From Octopus vulgaris (lineage: Eukaryota), in contig OX597842.1 of the NCBI GenBank assembly GCA_951406725.2, positions 10,602,001 to 10,666,000 of the forward strand: 64,000 nucleotides of DNA, written 5' to 3'. Numbering within the stretch: position 1 is the stretch's first letter; every line of letters begins with the position of its first letter. The position numbers and the translations under genes are program-made. The notes under the pieces were generated by a model that was not told the DNA's origin, made no database searches, and saw only the letters and a list, made by a program, of their open reading frames with translations. This document shows positions 15,030 to 25,601 of the stretch, in pieces.

Positions 15030-15070
<41 letters not shown>

Positions 15071-18000
15071 TCTTTTACTTGTTTCAGTCATTTGACTGCG
15101 GCCATGCTGGAGCACCGCCTTTAATCGAGCAACTCGACCCCGGGACTTATTGATTTGTAAGCCCAGTACTTATTCTATCGGTCTCTTTTTGCCGAACCGC
15201 TAACTGACGGGGACGTAAGCACACCAGCATCGGTTGTCAAGCAATGCTAGGGGGACAAACACAGACACACAAACATATACACACACACACACACTTATAT
15301 ATATATATACATATATACGACAGGCTTCTTTCAGTTTGTTGAAGTGCCAGGGTGCTCCATCAAATCACAACTATGTAGGATGTACCCCTTTGAGAATACC
15401 TCATGCACTACTGAGAACTGCACGTGGAAGAGGTAGACCCAGGAAGACCTGGGATGAGGTGGTGAAGCATGACCTTCGAACATTAGGCCTCACTGAGGCA
15501 ATGACTAGTGACCGAGACTTTTGGAAATATGATGTGCTTGATAAGACCCGGCAAGCCAAATGAGACCATAACCTCGTGGCCTATGCCAGGGGCGTAACCA
15601 GCCCACTTATGCGTACCTTTCCTTCATTGGACACTAAACTCTGCTTGCGAAGACCTGTTGAGGCAAGTGAAATCAAATTCGATGACAACACCGCATGACT
15701 GGCATCCGCGCTAAGAGCACCATCCAAGTGTGATCATTGCCAAGGCGGCTTACTGGCCCCCGTGTCGGTGACATGTAAAAAGCACCATTCAAGCGTGATC
15801 GTTACCTGTGTCGCCTTACTGGCACACGAAAAACAACATTCGAGCGAGGTCGTTGCCAGTACCGCCTGACTGGGCCTCATGCCGGTGGCACATAAAAAGC
15901 ACCCACTACACTCTCAGAGTGGTTGGCGTTAGGAAGGGCATCCAGCTGTAGAAACTCTGCCAGATCAGATTAGAGCCTTATGCAGCCATCTGGCTCACCA
16001 GTCCCCAGTCAAACTGTCCAACCCATGCCAGCATGGAAAGCGGGACGTTAAACGATGATGTCATATTAATTATTTATGTCATAATATTATTTAGGAAATA
16101 ATGTAATTTTTCGAAATTAAATTCGGTCTGTACTTAACCATTATTATTATTATTTCGCCAACATTAGGATAAGTACATTAAAAAAAATATAGAATACCTC
16201 ATAAGTGATATCATCATCATTTAACGTCCATTTCCCATGCTAGCATGGGTTGGACGGTTCAACTGGGGTCTGGGAAGCCTGAAGGTTGCACCAGGCTCCA
16301 GACTTATCTGGCAGTGTTTCTACAGCTGGATGCCCTTCCTAATGCCAACCACTCCGAGAGTGTAGTGGGTGCTTTTTACGTGCCACCAGCACAGGTGCCA
16401 GACGGGGCTGGCAATGGCCACGATCGGATGGTGCTTTTTACGTGCCACCGGCACGGAGGCTAGTCGGGGCGGCGCTGGCAACGGACAAGCATCCTAAATT
16501 CAGTGGCGGCATTAATGAAGATGTTACGAGTTAATTTAAGATTTATTAATGTATATCAAATTATACATAGGTATATATATATATAGGATTTAAACGGATA
16601 CAAGGACTTGTGATCCGCCCATGGACCTTTTGCTTTGGAAATTTTTGCCCACTGCACTAAAAATTTTCCCCCACCCTATTCTAGACACACTATGTCAGAA
16701 TAAATGTTGGGATGGTCACGGCTGGAACATCTTTGATCATAGGCTGTCTGTCTGGAACAGGACTGACCTGGGCTAAACAACAGCAACTAGTCACTAATAC
16801 TAATTAGTATGTTGTACATTAGATAATGTAGTCCTAGATACACTATGCCTGAATGAAAGATGGGATGGTCACAGCTGGAGTATCTTTGATCATCGGTCTG
16901 TCTGGATCAGGACTGACCTGGGGCTAAACAACAACAACTATAGCCACTAATACTAACTACTATACTGTACATTAGATAATGTAGTCCTAGATACACTATG
17001 CCTGAATAACAGATGGGATGGTCACAGCTGGAACATCTTTGATAATGGGTCTAACTGGATCAGGACTGACCTGGGGCTAAACAACAACAATTATAGCCAC
17101 TAATATTAACTACTACACATTAGATAATGTAGTCCTAGATACACTATGCCTGAATAATAGATGGGATGGTCACAGGTGGAACGTCTTTGATCATAGGTCT
17201 GTCTGGATGTGGACTGACCTAGGGTTAAACAACAACTATAACCACTAATACTAACTCCTATACATTAGATAATGTAATCCTAGATACACTATACTTGAAT
17301 AAAAGGTGGGATGGTCACAGCTAGAACGTCTTTGATCATTGGTCTAACTGGATCAGGACTGACCTGGGGCTAAACAACAACTATAGCCACTAATACTAAC
17401 TACTATACTATACATTAGATAATGTAGTCCTAGATACACTATGCCTGAATAAAAGGTGGGATGGTCACAGCTAGAACGTCTTTGACCATAGGTCTGTCTG
17501 GATCAGGACTGACCTGGGGCTAAACAACAACTACAGCCACTAATACTAACTACTATACTATACATTAGATAATGTACTCCTAGATACACGATGCCTGAAT
17601 AATAGATGGAATAGTCACAGCTAGAACGTCTTTGATTATAGGTCAGTCAGGATCAGGACTGACCTGGGGCTAAACAACAAGAACGACATTACGATCCTTC
17701 AATCCGTTCGTTAGACAAACACAGACGAACGTCTCTCCTCCCCTTCTCTCATCCGCCTCATATCTCAACACAAAAGCCTAAGCCACCACCACGTGGTTGC
17801 CCTACATTCTTATAAAAATCGCTGCCTCTTGAAAAAAAAATTCTTTTATAATAAGCGAAGGATGCGTTAGACAACGCTAGTCCCCACCGCACCCCCGATA
17901 AGTTATTAGCTGAAAAATAACTGCTGCTACTACTACTACTATTACTAATAATAGTAATAATAGTGATTTCATTTATTTACCATGAGGGGGACAATATAAA

Positions 18001-19990
18001 GACAGACGTGAAGTGTCGGGGGTCTTTTCGGTTTGAACGGCAGTTTTTTAAAATAATTTCCACGTAACTAAACACTTTTAAACTTCGTATACTGGTAGAA
18101 TGTGTTTATAAAACATCTTTTTCTCTTGGCTTTATTGAGAAAATTCTATGGTTTGTAAGATATTTGTTGTTTTTTCCCCTTCAATTTCTGCAATTTCAAC
18201 CAATCAATGACGTCTATTGAGGTGAAAACCTTCTGTGCCGTATGAATGTCCCTCGTTTAAGAAACAGATTGGGTTTATTTACAGTTCTGAAGAAAAAAAA
18301 AGATACCCTTCCCTTACCCCTAACCCTAACACAGATTGAAATGCAATAGATCGATACTAGGGTCATAATTATGGGTGACAATTTCATATGACACCGCTAG
18401 AAAAAACTGCCGTTCAAACCGAAAAGATCCGAATATTGTTGTTTTTTCTTCAATTTCTGCAATTTCAACCAATCAATGACGTCTATTGAGGTGAAAAGAT
18501 TCTGTGCCGTATGAATATGTCCCTCGTTTAAGAAACAGATTGGGTTTATTTACATTTCTGAAGAAAAAAAGATACCCTTCCCCCCACCCCTAACCCTAAA
18601 ACAGATTGAAATGCAATAGATCGATACTAGGGTTATAATTATGGGTGACAATTTCACATGACACCACTAGAAAAAACTGCCGTTCAAACAGAAAAGATCT
18701 GCATTTTCATCCAGCATGCTTAACCATTGTGCCACCTCGCCGCCAGAATAACACCCACACGACTCGTTATGTAATAGCGATTAACAGGGATTGTATAAGG
18801 ACTTAACGCGGGGCTGCTAAAAATAGCAACCAAATCACTTAATTAAGAGAACCGTTTATAGTCTTAGAAAGAAAGAGAAAGGACACTTTAGATCAGTGTT
18901 AACCATTTTTTGGCGATCTTTCGTCTCGAGTAGACCTTTCCGTCGATTTCCGTAAAAATTTTTTTTTTTTTTACATATGGGCTTGCGGGAACTTTTGGAA
19001 GCGATTGTATGACGAGGGAAGTTCTTTTGAAGTTACCGTGCATGGGAGCATTGATGTATATGTGTGTGTGTGTGTGTGTGTGTTTGATGGGGTGCGGGAG
19101 ACAGACAGTATGTTGTGTAAGTGAAGTGCTTCTGTCAGTGTGTGTGAAGAGACAGAGGTAACTTCAAAAGAACTTCCCTCGTCATAAAATGGCTTTCTCT
19201 TAGTCTCTTTCGCTCTCATTACTTCAAAAGTTCCCGCAAGCCCATATGTAAAAAAAAAAAAATTTACGGAAATCGACGGAAAGGTCTACTAGAGACGAAA
19301 GATTGGCCATTTTTTTATCTGAGGACCACTTTGAAGGTACTACTTAATAAGAGTGGTCCCGGTGCGCGCACTCGCGTATCCGTGCTAGCTAGTCGTGACT
19401 AGTCGATCCTTTGTGTTTTATTTATTTTGTGTAAAAAAAATTAGGTAGTCGTTGTAGGATCGACTAGTCACGACTAGCTAGCATGGATGCGCCGAGTACG
19501 CGAGTGCGCGCACCGGGACCATTCTTCTTAAGTGGCACCCACTTTGAATCCTCTTTTCACTGGACCCCCCCCCCTAGCCATCCGATGTTTAAAAAAACAT
19601 CATAATATATATTTTTATAATTAAATATTATTAGGAGCCGTATCAATGCTGGCTGAGATCCACTAGTTTAGATTTTAGATCAAGGGTCAGGACCGACCCC
19701 TGGAGGGTCTTAGGGTGTATGTTGGGGCAGGACGAAGGGCGACGTTGAAATAGCTAACCACGGTTGGAATCGAACTTGGAACGTCAAGCAACGTCACTAA
19801 ACTATTACAAAATACACATTTTTTTTTGTTCGACGCGCCAATCATAGAATAATATTGCTCATCCACGTGGGTACTGTAGCTATAAGATTACTAACAGGCC
19901 ATAGTTAGATGTATATACGCACGTGTATATATATATACAAATATGGCATGGCATTATAGGAGCACAAAAAGCATTGAATGCCACAAATAT

Positions 19991-20039
<49 letters not shown>

Positions 20040-20183
20040 CATACACGAATACATATATACACACATTTGTATACATCTACATATAAGCATTCAAGTACAT
20101 ATGTATATACACACAAATCCAAACGTACGTATGTGTACATGTGTGCGTGTATATAGTCTCTCTCTGCAGATATACAATATGTG

Positions 20184-20226
<43 letters not shown>

Positions 20227-20484
20227 GTAGAAAAATACAAACTAGAAGAACGCAAAACATTTAGAAGACGATACAAAAAACACGGACGGGACATTCGAAG
20301 CCTTCGATCTTCAGTCAAGAACCGGATCATCCTCGCAATTTCGGCTGATTAATCTTGAGATTGCTCCGATCTGGCCAGCCCCAAAGGAAAATCTAAGCCA
20401 AGCGCATTCGATTCCTTGGAAGAAAGCCTCGAATGTATACAAAACAAGGAGACGGAAAACCGGATGATGTTACACGAATAAAAA

Positions 20485-20518
<34 letters not shown>

Positions 20519-20539
20519 AGAGAGAGAGAGAGAGAGGGT

Positions 20540-20607
<68 letters not shown>

Positions 20608-20608
20608 C

Positions 20609-20652
<44 letters not shown>

Positions 20653-21378
20653 GATCCGATATATATATATAAAAAGGGGTTTGTATGATCGTGTATAGAG
20701 GGATATATATTATTCAAAGGAATTCCAACTCTGTATTTTACGTTTTATTTATATTCGTTATAATATTAATGTAGAATATAGAATATATAGTATAAATAAT
20801 ATATATATATAGTAAAACGAAATGAAGTATTGATTGTCCTATTGAATATAAAATATTAAGGGACTAGTATACTTTCTTGCAATAAAGCAGTCTTTAAGGT
20901 CCCAAGTTGTGACAGGAGTGTCTCAAACATACACTCATACAAATCCCTTTATATATATATATATATATATAAAATAACAAAGGGTAAAATTAATTAATTA
21001 ATTAAGGAGTAGTCAATAATTTCACCAAGTAGAATTCGGCATGAAAAAAGGACCATTTCATGGTAAAACTTAAGTAATACTTAATAAATAGGGTTCAGCA
21101 AAAAATTTGCCTTACCACATACCGAAGTTTAGAAATAGCAGCCAAAAAACCTTAGCTATTTCTTCTACTTTATATATATATATATATATATATAGGGTAA
21201 TAAATAAAATATATGCATACATACAAACATATATGTACGTACCGACATCTACATGTATATATACATGCATATATAAATATATATATATACGTACAGGACA
21301 TCACAGGAAGACGAAAAAAAATCAACAGAACGAAAACGAAAAAGACATTTTGTTACAACAGAAGGACAGAGACGTGGG

Positions 21379-21423
<45 letters not shown>

Positions 21424-21572
21424 GCATACACCCGACACATTTGGGCGGGTGGATCTTTTGCGCGTCGTTTATTCAGGCTTATGAAATCGCGGTCAGCGTC
21501 AAACACCCGCGCAAATTTCATCGCTGCTTTATAAGCGTGTATAAACATACATACATCTATACACACACACAC

Positions 21573-21626
<54 letters not shown>

Positions 21627-23541
21627 GTATTTCTGTGTGTGTGTGTATTTATTAATATTTAGTAGAAACAACACAGTGACCCAAGGTCCCAACGATTCGT
21701 ACGTCGACACATGTAGTATATATGTGTGTATATATATATATATATATACATGTGTGTGTGTTGTGTGTTGTGTATATAGACATGTGTGTGTGTTTCATAA
21801 GTGCCAAAGCACGAAACTCACGGATCTTGAGTCACTGTTGCTTCTGCTATATATATTAATAATAACATATACACAAATTCATATTTTGCGTTCTATATTT
21901 CCTGCTTGCACCAACATAATATATATATATATATATATATATATACACGCGCGTAAACACATATGGATACAGATATATGTATACAAGCACACTCATAGAT
22001 AATGGTACATACACACACATATATATATATATATATATATGCATGTGTCCATATACACGGATGTATACAGATAAATACATCGAGGTACATACACACACGG
22101 GTGCGCATATATATATATATATGTATACATACAAACACACTCAGATAATAGTACATACACATATATATGCATGTGTCCACCTACATATACACATATATAC
22201 ACGTTTCATATACACACGCACGTATACAGATAAGTACATACATCGAGGTATATACACATGTGCGCATATATATATTATATATGTATACATACAAGCATAC
22301 AAACACACTCATAGATAATAGTACACACACACACACACACATATATATACACGTGTCCACCTACATATACACATATATACACGTTTCATATACACACGCA
22401 CGTATACAGATAAATACATACATCGAGGTATATACACGGGTGCGCATATATATATCATATATGATACATACACCTACGCACTAAATACGTATACAAACAT
22501 AGATAGGCAAAAACACAAACATATACACACGCCTACACACACACACACACTGGTATATACGAGGGGGTTGCTGAAAAGTCCCTGGTTTTAAGGGTCTTGC
22601 GAATGGCCTGGTTTGGGGCCCAACTTTCTAAGTTCTTTATAATGAAGGACCGATGCAATTATGGTGGGAATTCACTTGATCTTCTTGTATTTTTGTTTAC
22701 CCAGAGCCAAGAACTTTTCAGCACAACCTTCGTATATATATATACATACACACACACACACACACACATATATATGTAGTAATACTAAGTAATTAAGGGT
22801 TTAGCAACGATTTGCCTCACCACACACCGAATTTAGAAATAGCAGTCAAAGAGTTTTGGCTATTCTTTCTACTTAAAAGGGAAATCCCAGTAAAACCACA
22901 GCACTTAATTATATTATAATATATATATATATATAATATGCATACATGAGAGGGTGTTGAAAAGTTCCTGGCTCTTTAAATGTGTAGCGAAGGGCCTGGT
23001 TGGAGGGCCAACCTTCCGATTTCTTTCTACAGGGCTTAGAAAAACTTAAGGACCGCTGCAATAAGCGTGTAAATCTGTTGAATAAAATCATAATTAAAGG
23101 ACCGATCGTCCCGTATTTCCCCTTATCCGAAGCCAGGAACCTTTCAGCGACCCCCCCTCATATATATACATATATATATATATATACACACACAAACGTG
23201 AACACAGATGTATATATATACATATACACACACAAACGTGAACACAGGTGTATATATATACATATACACACACACTCACATATATATACACACACAAATG
23301 TGAACACAGGTGTATATATATACATATATATACACACACACACTCACATATATATATATATACACAAACGTGAACACAGGTGTATATATATACATATATA
23401 TATATATACACACACATATGTGAACACAGGTGTATATATATACATATATATATATATACACACACATATGTGAACACAGGTGTATATATATACATATATA
23501 TATACACACACACACACTCACATATATATATACACACACAC

Positions 23542-23572
<31 letters not shown>

Positions 23573-23785
23573 CACATATATATATACACACACAAACGTG
23601 AACACAGGTGTATATATGTATATACATATATATATATTTATATATAAATGTGTTGTCTCTACTCACTCTGCTATGAGCTGGGCCAGGCCGGGATGCGAAT
23701 TGCCCGCCAGAATCATCATGGGTCCCTTTTGGCCGAGAGAGCCCAGGTTGGAGGGCCGCGACACCACAACCTCTTGGCATGCCAT
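473..23785 (-). CDS. PRPSAP2: Phosphoribosyl pyrophosphate synthase-associated protein (PRPSAP1/2 co-ortholog), spliced, 3'-partial: join(23785-23667,14877-14825,12054-11988,7900-7728,6650-6535,3773-3569,2716-2646,619-473); terminal exon outside window
   Basis: Eight exons (119, 53, 67, 173, 116, 205, 71, 147 nt; 951 nt total) with GT-AG boundaries and matching phases. They join into MACQEVVV...[24 protein letters not shown]...[20 protein letters not shown]...[15 protein letters not shown]...[12 protein letters not shown]...IAVIHGEE...[28 protein letters not shown]...[10 protein letters not shown]...IDE. The motifs [26 protein letters not shown] and VIHGE mark PRPSAP rather than catalytic PRPS. 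Assignment to vertebrate paralog 1 versus 2 is not meaningful. Confidence 0.95.
1062..2230 (-). mobile_element. RTE-derived 3'UTR repeat copies (1062-1460, 1685-1775, 1842-2230; also 1-360)
   Basis: Shared TTTAACGTCCGCTTTCCATGCTAGCATGGGTTGG...CTACAGCTGGATGCCCTTCCTAACGCCAACCAC, preceded by (CAT)n. Confidence 0.75.
2238..2351 (+). mobile_element. Mariner transposase C-terminal remnant
   Basis: Translates [37 protein letters not shown], the typical mariner C-terminus. Confidence 0.8.
2646..2716 (-). CDS. PRPSAP2: PRPSAP coding exon 7 ([23 protein letters not shown])
   Basis: 71 nt. CTGCAG acceptor, GTG|GTAGGT donor. Confidence 0.94.
2800..3538. repeat. Compound (GAT/GGT/AAT/GAC)n trinucleotide repeat filling PRPSAP intron 6
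   Basis: About 740 bp of uninterrupted triplet-type repeat. Confidence 0.97.
3569..3773 (-). CDS. PRPSAP2: PRPSAP coding exon 6 ([10 protein letters not shown]...[21 protein letters not shown]...EYLP)
   Basis: 205 nt. TTTCAG acceptor, A|GTATGT donor. Contains the DGRxSPP insertion typical of PRPSAPs. Confidence 0.94.
5700..6036 (-). mobile_element. tRNA-derived SINE, family C
   Basis: Minus strand starts GCATGGCTCAGTGGTTAGAGCG...GCTCGAATCCCGG (A and B boxes), followed by TGTGTTCTTGAGCAAGGCACTTTA. Confidence 0.7.
6535..6650 (-). CDS. PRPSAP2: PRPSAP coding exon 5 ([38 protein letters not shown])
   Basis: 116 nt. CCTAG acceptor, TCG|GTAAGT donor. Confidence 0.95.
7728..7900 (-). CDS. PRPSAP2: PRPSAP coding exon 4 ([57 protein letters not shown])
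   Basis: 173 nt. TTACAG acceptor, G|GTAGGG donor. Confidence 0.95.
8081..9169 (-). mobile_element. 5'-truncated Tx1/L1-clade non-LTR retrotransposon (C-terminal zf-RVT region plus 3'UTR)
   Basis: ORF 8456-9115 contains [15 protein letters not shown]...[19 protein letters not shown] (CCHC, zf-RVT-like). The 3'UTR ends in AATAAAGAAACA. Both ends abut (GATA)n. Confidence 0.85.
9170..9912. repeat. (GATA/GACA)n microsatellite with an internal ~240-bp duplication
   Basis: Read directly. Other GATA arrays at about 7960-8080, 14400-14805, 20540-20650 and 49450-50030. Confidence 0.95.
9913..10140 (-). mobile_element. Second 3'-UTR fragment of the same Tx1/L1-like family
   Basis: Similar to 8081-8347 and flanked by GATA repeats on both sides. 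A third short piece lies at about 11225-11333. Confidence 0.75.
10435..11042 (+). mobile_element. Two short 3' fragments of the same CR1-like LINE (10435-10697, 10826-11042)
   Basis: Near-identical to 48322-48560, with short AACT(T)-type repeat tails. Confidence 0.82.
11812..11890. repeat. 19-bp tandem repeat x4 (TAGCGCAAGTGGGACACCA)
   Basis: Four exact copies about 100 nt into the intron after PRPSAP exon 3. Confidence 0.92.
11988..12054 (-). CDS. PRPSAP2: PRPSAP coding exon 3 ([21 protein letters not shown])
   Basis: 67 nt. TTGCAG acceptor, AA|GTAAGT donor, ESVRGxDV PRS-family motif. Confidence 0.93.
12260..12825 (+). mobile_element. RTE-derived 3'UTR repeat with internal ~66-bp tandem units
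   Basis: Four to five copies of AAAAGCACCATCC.AATCGTGGCCGA.GCCAG.GC.GCCTCGACTGGCTTCCGTG, then the family 3' end and (GAT)n. Other copies at about 10177-10375, 11090-11680, 16212-16485(-), 46036-46328, 52021-52250(-) and 53790-53972(-). Confidence 0.75.
13255..13542 (-). mobile_element. tRNA-derived SINE, family D, inserted in (TA)n
   Basis: Minus strand GGTGCAATGGCCCAGTGGTTAGGGCAGCGG...TTTCGATTCCCAG (A and B boxes), flanked by TA repeats. Confidence 0.7.
14825..14877 (-). CDS. PRPSAP2: PRPSAP coding exon 2 ([17 protein letters not shown])
   Basis: 53 nt. Acceptor TAG after a pyrimidine tract, donor G|GTAAGT. Phases fit both neighbours. Confidence 0.9.
15420..16040 (+). mobile_element. RTE-clade LINE 3' end (ORF end plus 3'UTR with (GAT)n tail)
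   Basis: [35 protein letters not shown] is a typical RTE C-terminus. It continues into the abundant ...GGAAGGGCATCCAGCTGTAGAAAC...GTTAAACGATGATG repeat. Confidence 0.8.
16680..17680. repeat. ~145-bp tandem repeat (~7 units)
   Basis: Unit TACATTAGATAATGTAGTCCTAGATACACTATGCCTGAAT...GGATCAGGACTGACCTGGGGCTAAACAACAAC. Smaller arrays at 7400-7680, 27090-27450 (inverted) and 48810-49160. Confidence 0.9.
18020..18700. mobile_element. ~410-bp TIR element (MITE) at 18020-18430 plus tandem duplicate of its right two-thirds (18435-18700)
   Basis: TIR about 29 bp, GG(A)TCTTTTCGGTTTGAACGGCAGTTTTT / AAAAACTGCCGTTCAAACCGAAAAGATCC. Same family at 52433-52842 and 55971-56792. Confidence 0.85.
18912..19306. 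mobile_element. Mutator-like foldback MITE with ~125-bp inverted arms
   Basis: 18912-19037 is the reverse complement of 19157-19306, apart from an indel. Flanked by CCATTTTTT at 18903-18911 and 19307-19315. Confidence 0.75.
19336..19539. mobile_element. Mutator-like MITE with ~75-bp TIRs and exact 9-bp TSD
   Basis: GG...CC termini, long CpG-rich TIRs, and TSD CACTTTGAA at 19327-19335 and 19540-19548. Confidence 0.88.
22560..22732. mobile_element. Mariner-type MITE
   Basis: TA|CGAGGGGGTTGCTGAAAAGT ... ACTTTTCAGCACAACCTTCG|TA gives imperfect TIRs with TA flanks. Confidence 0.75.
22947..23160 (+). mobile_element. Internally deleted mariner (same family as 22560-22732)
   Basis: TIRs TGAGAGGGTGTTGAAAAGTTCCTGGCT / AGCCAGGAACCTTTCAGCGACCCCCCCTCA. 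The interior encodes [20 protein letters not shown], resembling a mariner C-terminus. Confidence 0.75.
23185..23620. repeat. Minisatellite of GTGAACACAGGTG cores separated by TA/CA tracts
   Basis: Seven cores immediately downstream of the PRPSAP exon 1 donor. Confidence 0.85.
23667..23785 (-). CDS. PRPSAP2: PRPSAP coding exon 1 ([39 protein letters not shown])
   Basis: GNSHP-LA motif typical of the PRS-family N-terminus. In-frame TAG lies 5 codons upstream of the ATG. Donor GA|GTGAGT is phase 2 and fits the next exon. The ORF track lists only a different frame here. Confidence 0.88.
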
Positions 23786-23975
23786 CACACCAACAAACTA
23801 TACAAACAGGTGCAGGTTTTTTAAAGTCCTCTGTCTTCTCCCCTACACAACAGGGTAATCTCTGCAGCGATGGTCGTGTCTGGAAGCCCGCTTGATCTCT
23901 CTGTGTACAGCCTGGTGTCGATTTAGTAGAGGGACATGATGTGAAAGTGAAAAGGGCAAGAAAGGCCTCTGACGT

Positions 23976-24050
23976 CTGAGAGAGAAGAAGAAGCAAGAGG
24001 AGGTAACTCCTGTCGGCCTGGGCGGAGGAGAACGGAAGTGACGTCGGGTG
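23976..24050 (-). promoter_or_regulatory. Candidate PRPSAP promoter or 5' boundary: ETS-CRE composite CGGAAGTGACGTC (24033-24045), GC box GGGCGG (24020-24025), pyrimidine tract
   Basis: Motifs read directly in a small CpG-rich patch about 250 nt upstream of the ATG. The pyrimidine tract ending in CAG (23976-23977) could instead be a splice acceptor. Confidence 0.5.
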
Positions 24051-24129
24051 AAGAGTTTTTTTTTGTTATTTCTGTGTTTTGTATTGGTTTTTTTTTTGTT
24101 TTTTGGTTGTTATGGTATTGGCGGGATTG

Positions 24130-24520
24130 TGGTAGCGATGGCGGTGGTGGTGGTGGGAGAGATGTCGTCGTGGTAGTTGTTGGTGGTGGTGGCGGCGGCG
24201 GAAGAGTTGTTAGTGATGGTAGTTGTGGTGGTGATGGTGGTGGTGGTGGTATTTTGTGGTGATGGTGGTGGCAGTTGTGGTGGTGGTGGTGGTGATGGTG
24301 GTGGTGATGGTAGTTGTCATTGGTGGTGATGGCAGTTGTGGTGGTGATGGTATTTGTGGTGGTGGTGGTGGTGGTGATGGCAGTTGTGGTGGTGATGGTA
24401 GTTGTGGTGGTGGTGGTGGTAGTTGTGGTGGTGGTGGGAGAGTTGTTGGTGGCAGTGGTGATGGTGATGATGATGATGGAGATAATGGTGGTGGTAGTGG
24501 TGGTGGTGATGATGATGGCG
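24130..24520. repeat. (GGT/GAT/AGT)n G-rich triplet repeat upstream of PRPSAP
   Basis: Read directly. Confidence 0.9.
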
Positions 24521-25601
24521 TGCTTCTCCTGCCCTAGTTATTGCAGGGCCTTCTTAACAGCATTACCAACGTGCCCCTGCCTTTAGCCGGTACTAATATA
24601 TTCTGATGCTGTTGATGATGATCATCATCATCATAGTGGTGGTGGTGTGACGGCGTGTTATTATGTCATGGTGGAAAGCAGGGAGCTGACAGAATCAAGG
24701 CCGGCTTTGCCTTTCAGCTTTTCGGACTCGATAAAAGATCCGAAATCAACCAGTCCTACTACTCTAGAATTAGGCCTACTGCAGAAAGGATGAGGCGGCG
24801 AGATGGCAGAATCGTTTGCACGCTGAGTAGAAACGCTTAGCGGCATTTCGTACGCTTTTACTCTTTTACTTGTTTCAGTCAGTTGACTGCGGCCATGCTG
24901 GAGCACCGCCTTTAGTCGAGCAACTCGACCCCGGGACTTATTCTTTTTTGTAAGCCCAGTACTTATTCTATCGGTCTTTTTTGCCGAACCGCTAAGTGAC
25001 GGGGACATAAACACACCAGCATCGGTTGTCAAGCAATGCTAGGGGGACAAACACAGACACACATATATATATATACATATATACGACAGGCTTCTTTCAG
25101 TTTCCGTCTACCAAATCCACTCACAAGGCATTGGTCGGCCCAGGGCCATAGTAGAAGACACTTGCCCAAGGTACCACGCAGTGGGACTGAACCCGGAATC
25201 ATGTGGTTGGTAAGCAAGCTACTTACCACACAGCCACTCCTATGCCTATATACGACGGGCTTCTTTCAGTTTCCGTCTACCAAATCCACTCACAAGGCTT
25301 TGGTCGGCCCAGGGCTATAGAAGACACTTGCCCAAGGTGCCACGCAGTGGGACTGAACCCGGAACCATGTGGTTGGTAAACAAGCTACTTACCACACAGC
25401 CACTCCTACGCCTATTTGTTGAAAGTTTTATTAAAAAGTATTCATTTTTCTGGAAGTTATGAGGCAACAAAATCGGGGCAAGGTATAAATCTGTAGTTAT
25501 GGCAAATTAAGTACCAGTTGAGTACAGGGGTTGATGTAATCGACTAGTCCCCTCCCCCAAAATTTTGGGCCTTGTGCCTTGAGTAGAAAAGAATATTTTT
25601 A

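Noticed and set aside
18310-18332. Interstitial telomere (CCCTAA)n
   Set aside because: Only about two units, and they are an internal part of a MITE present in several copies.
21481-21521. SECIS element
   Set aside because: It has ATGA and a hairpin but lacks the opposing GA of the kink-turn quartet, and it is intronic.
19880-23605. Many [12 protein letters not shown] ORFs (also LSIY and RERE ORFs at 9592, 14365, 49417 and 58368-63765)
   Set aside because: They are translations of (TA)n, (CA)n, (GATA)n and (GA)n microsatellites.
23094-23996. 300-aa ORF over PRPSAP exon 1
   Set aside because: Wrong frame; the PRS-like GNSHP peptide is in another frame and the rest is microsatellite.
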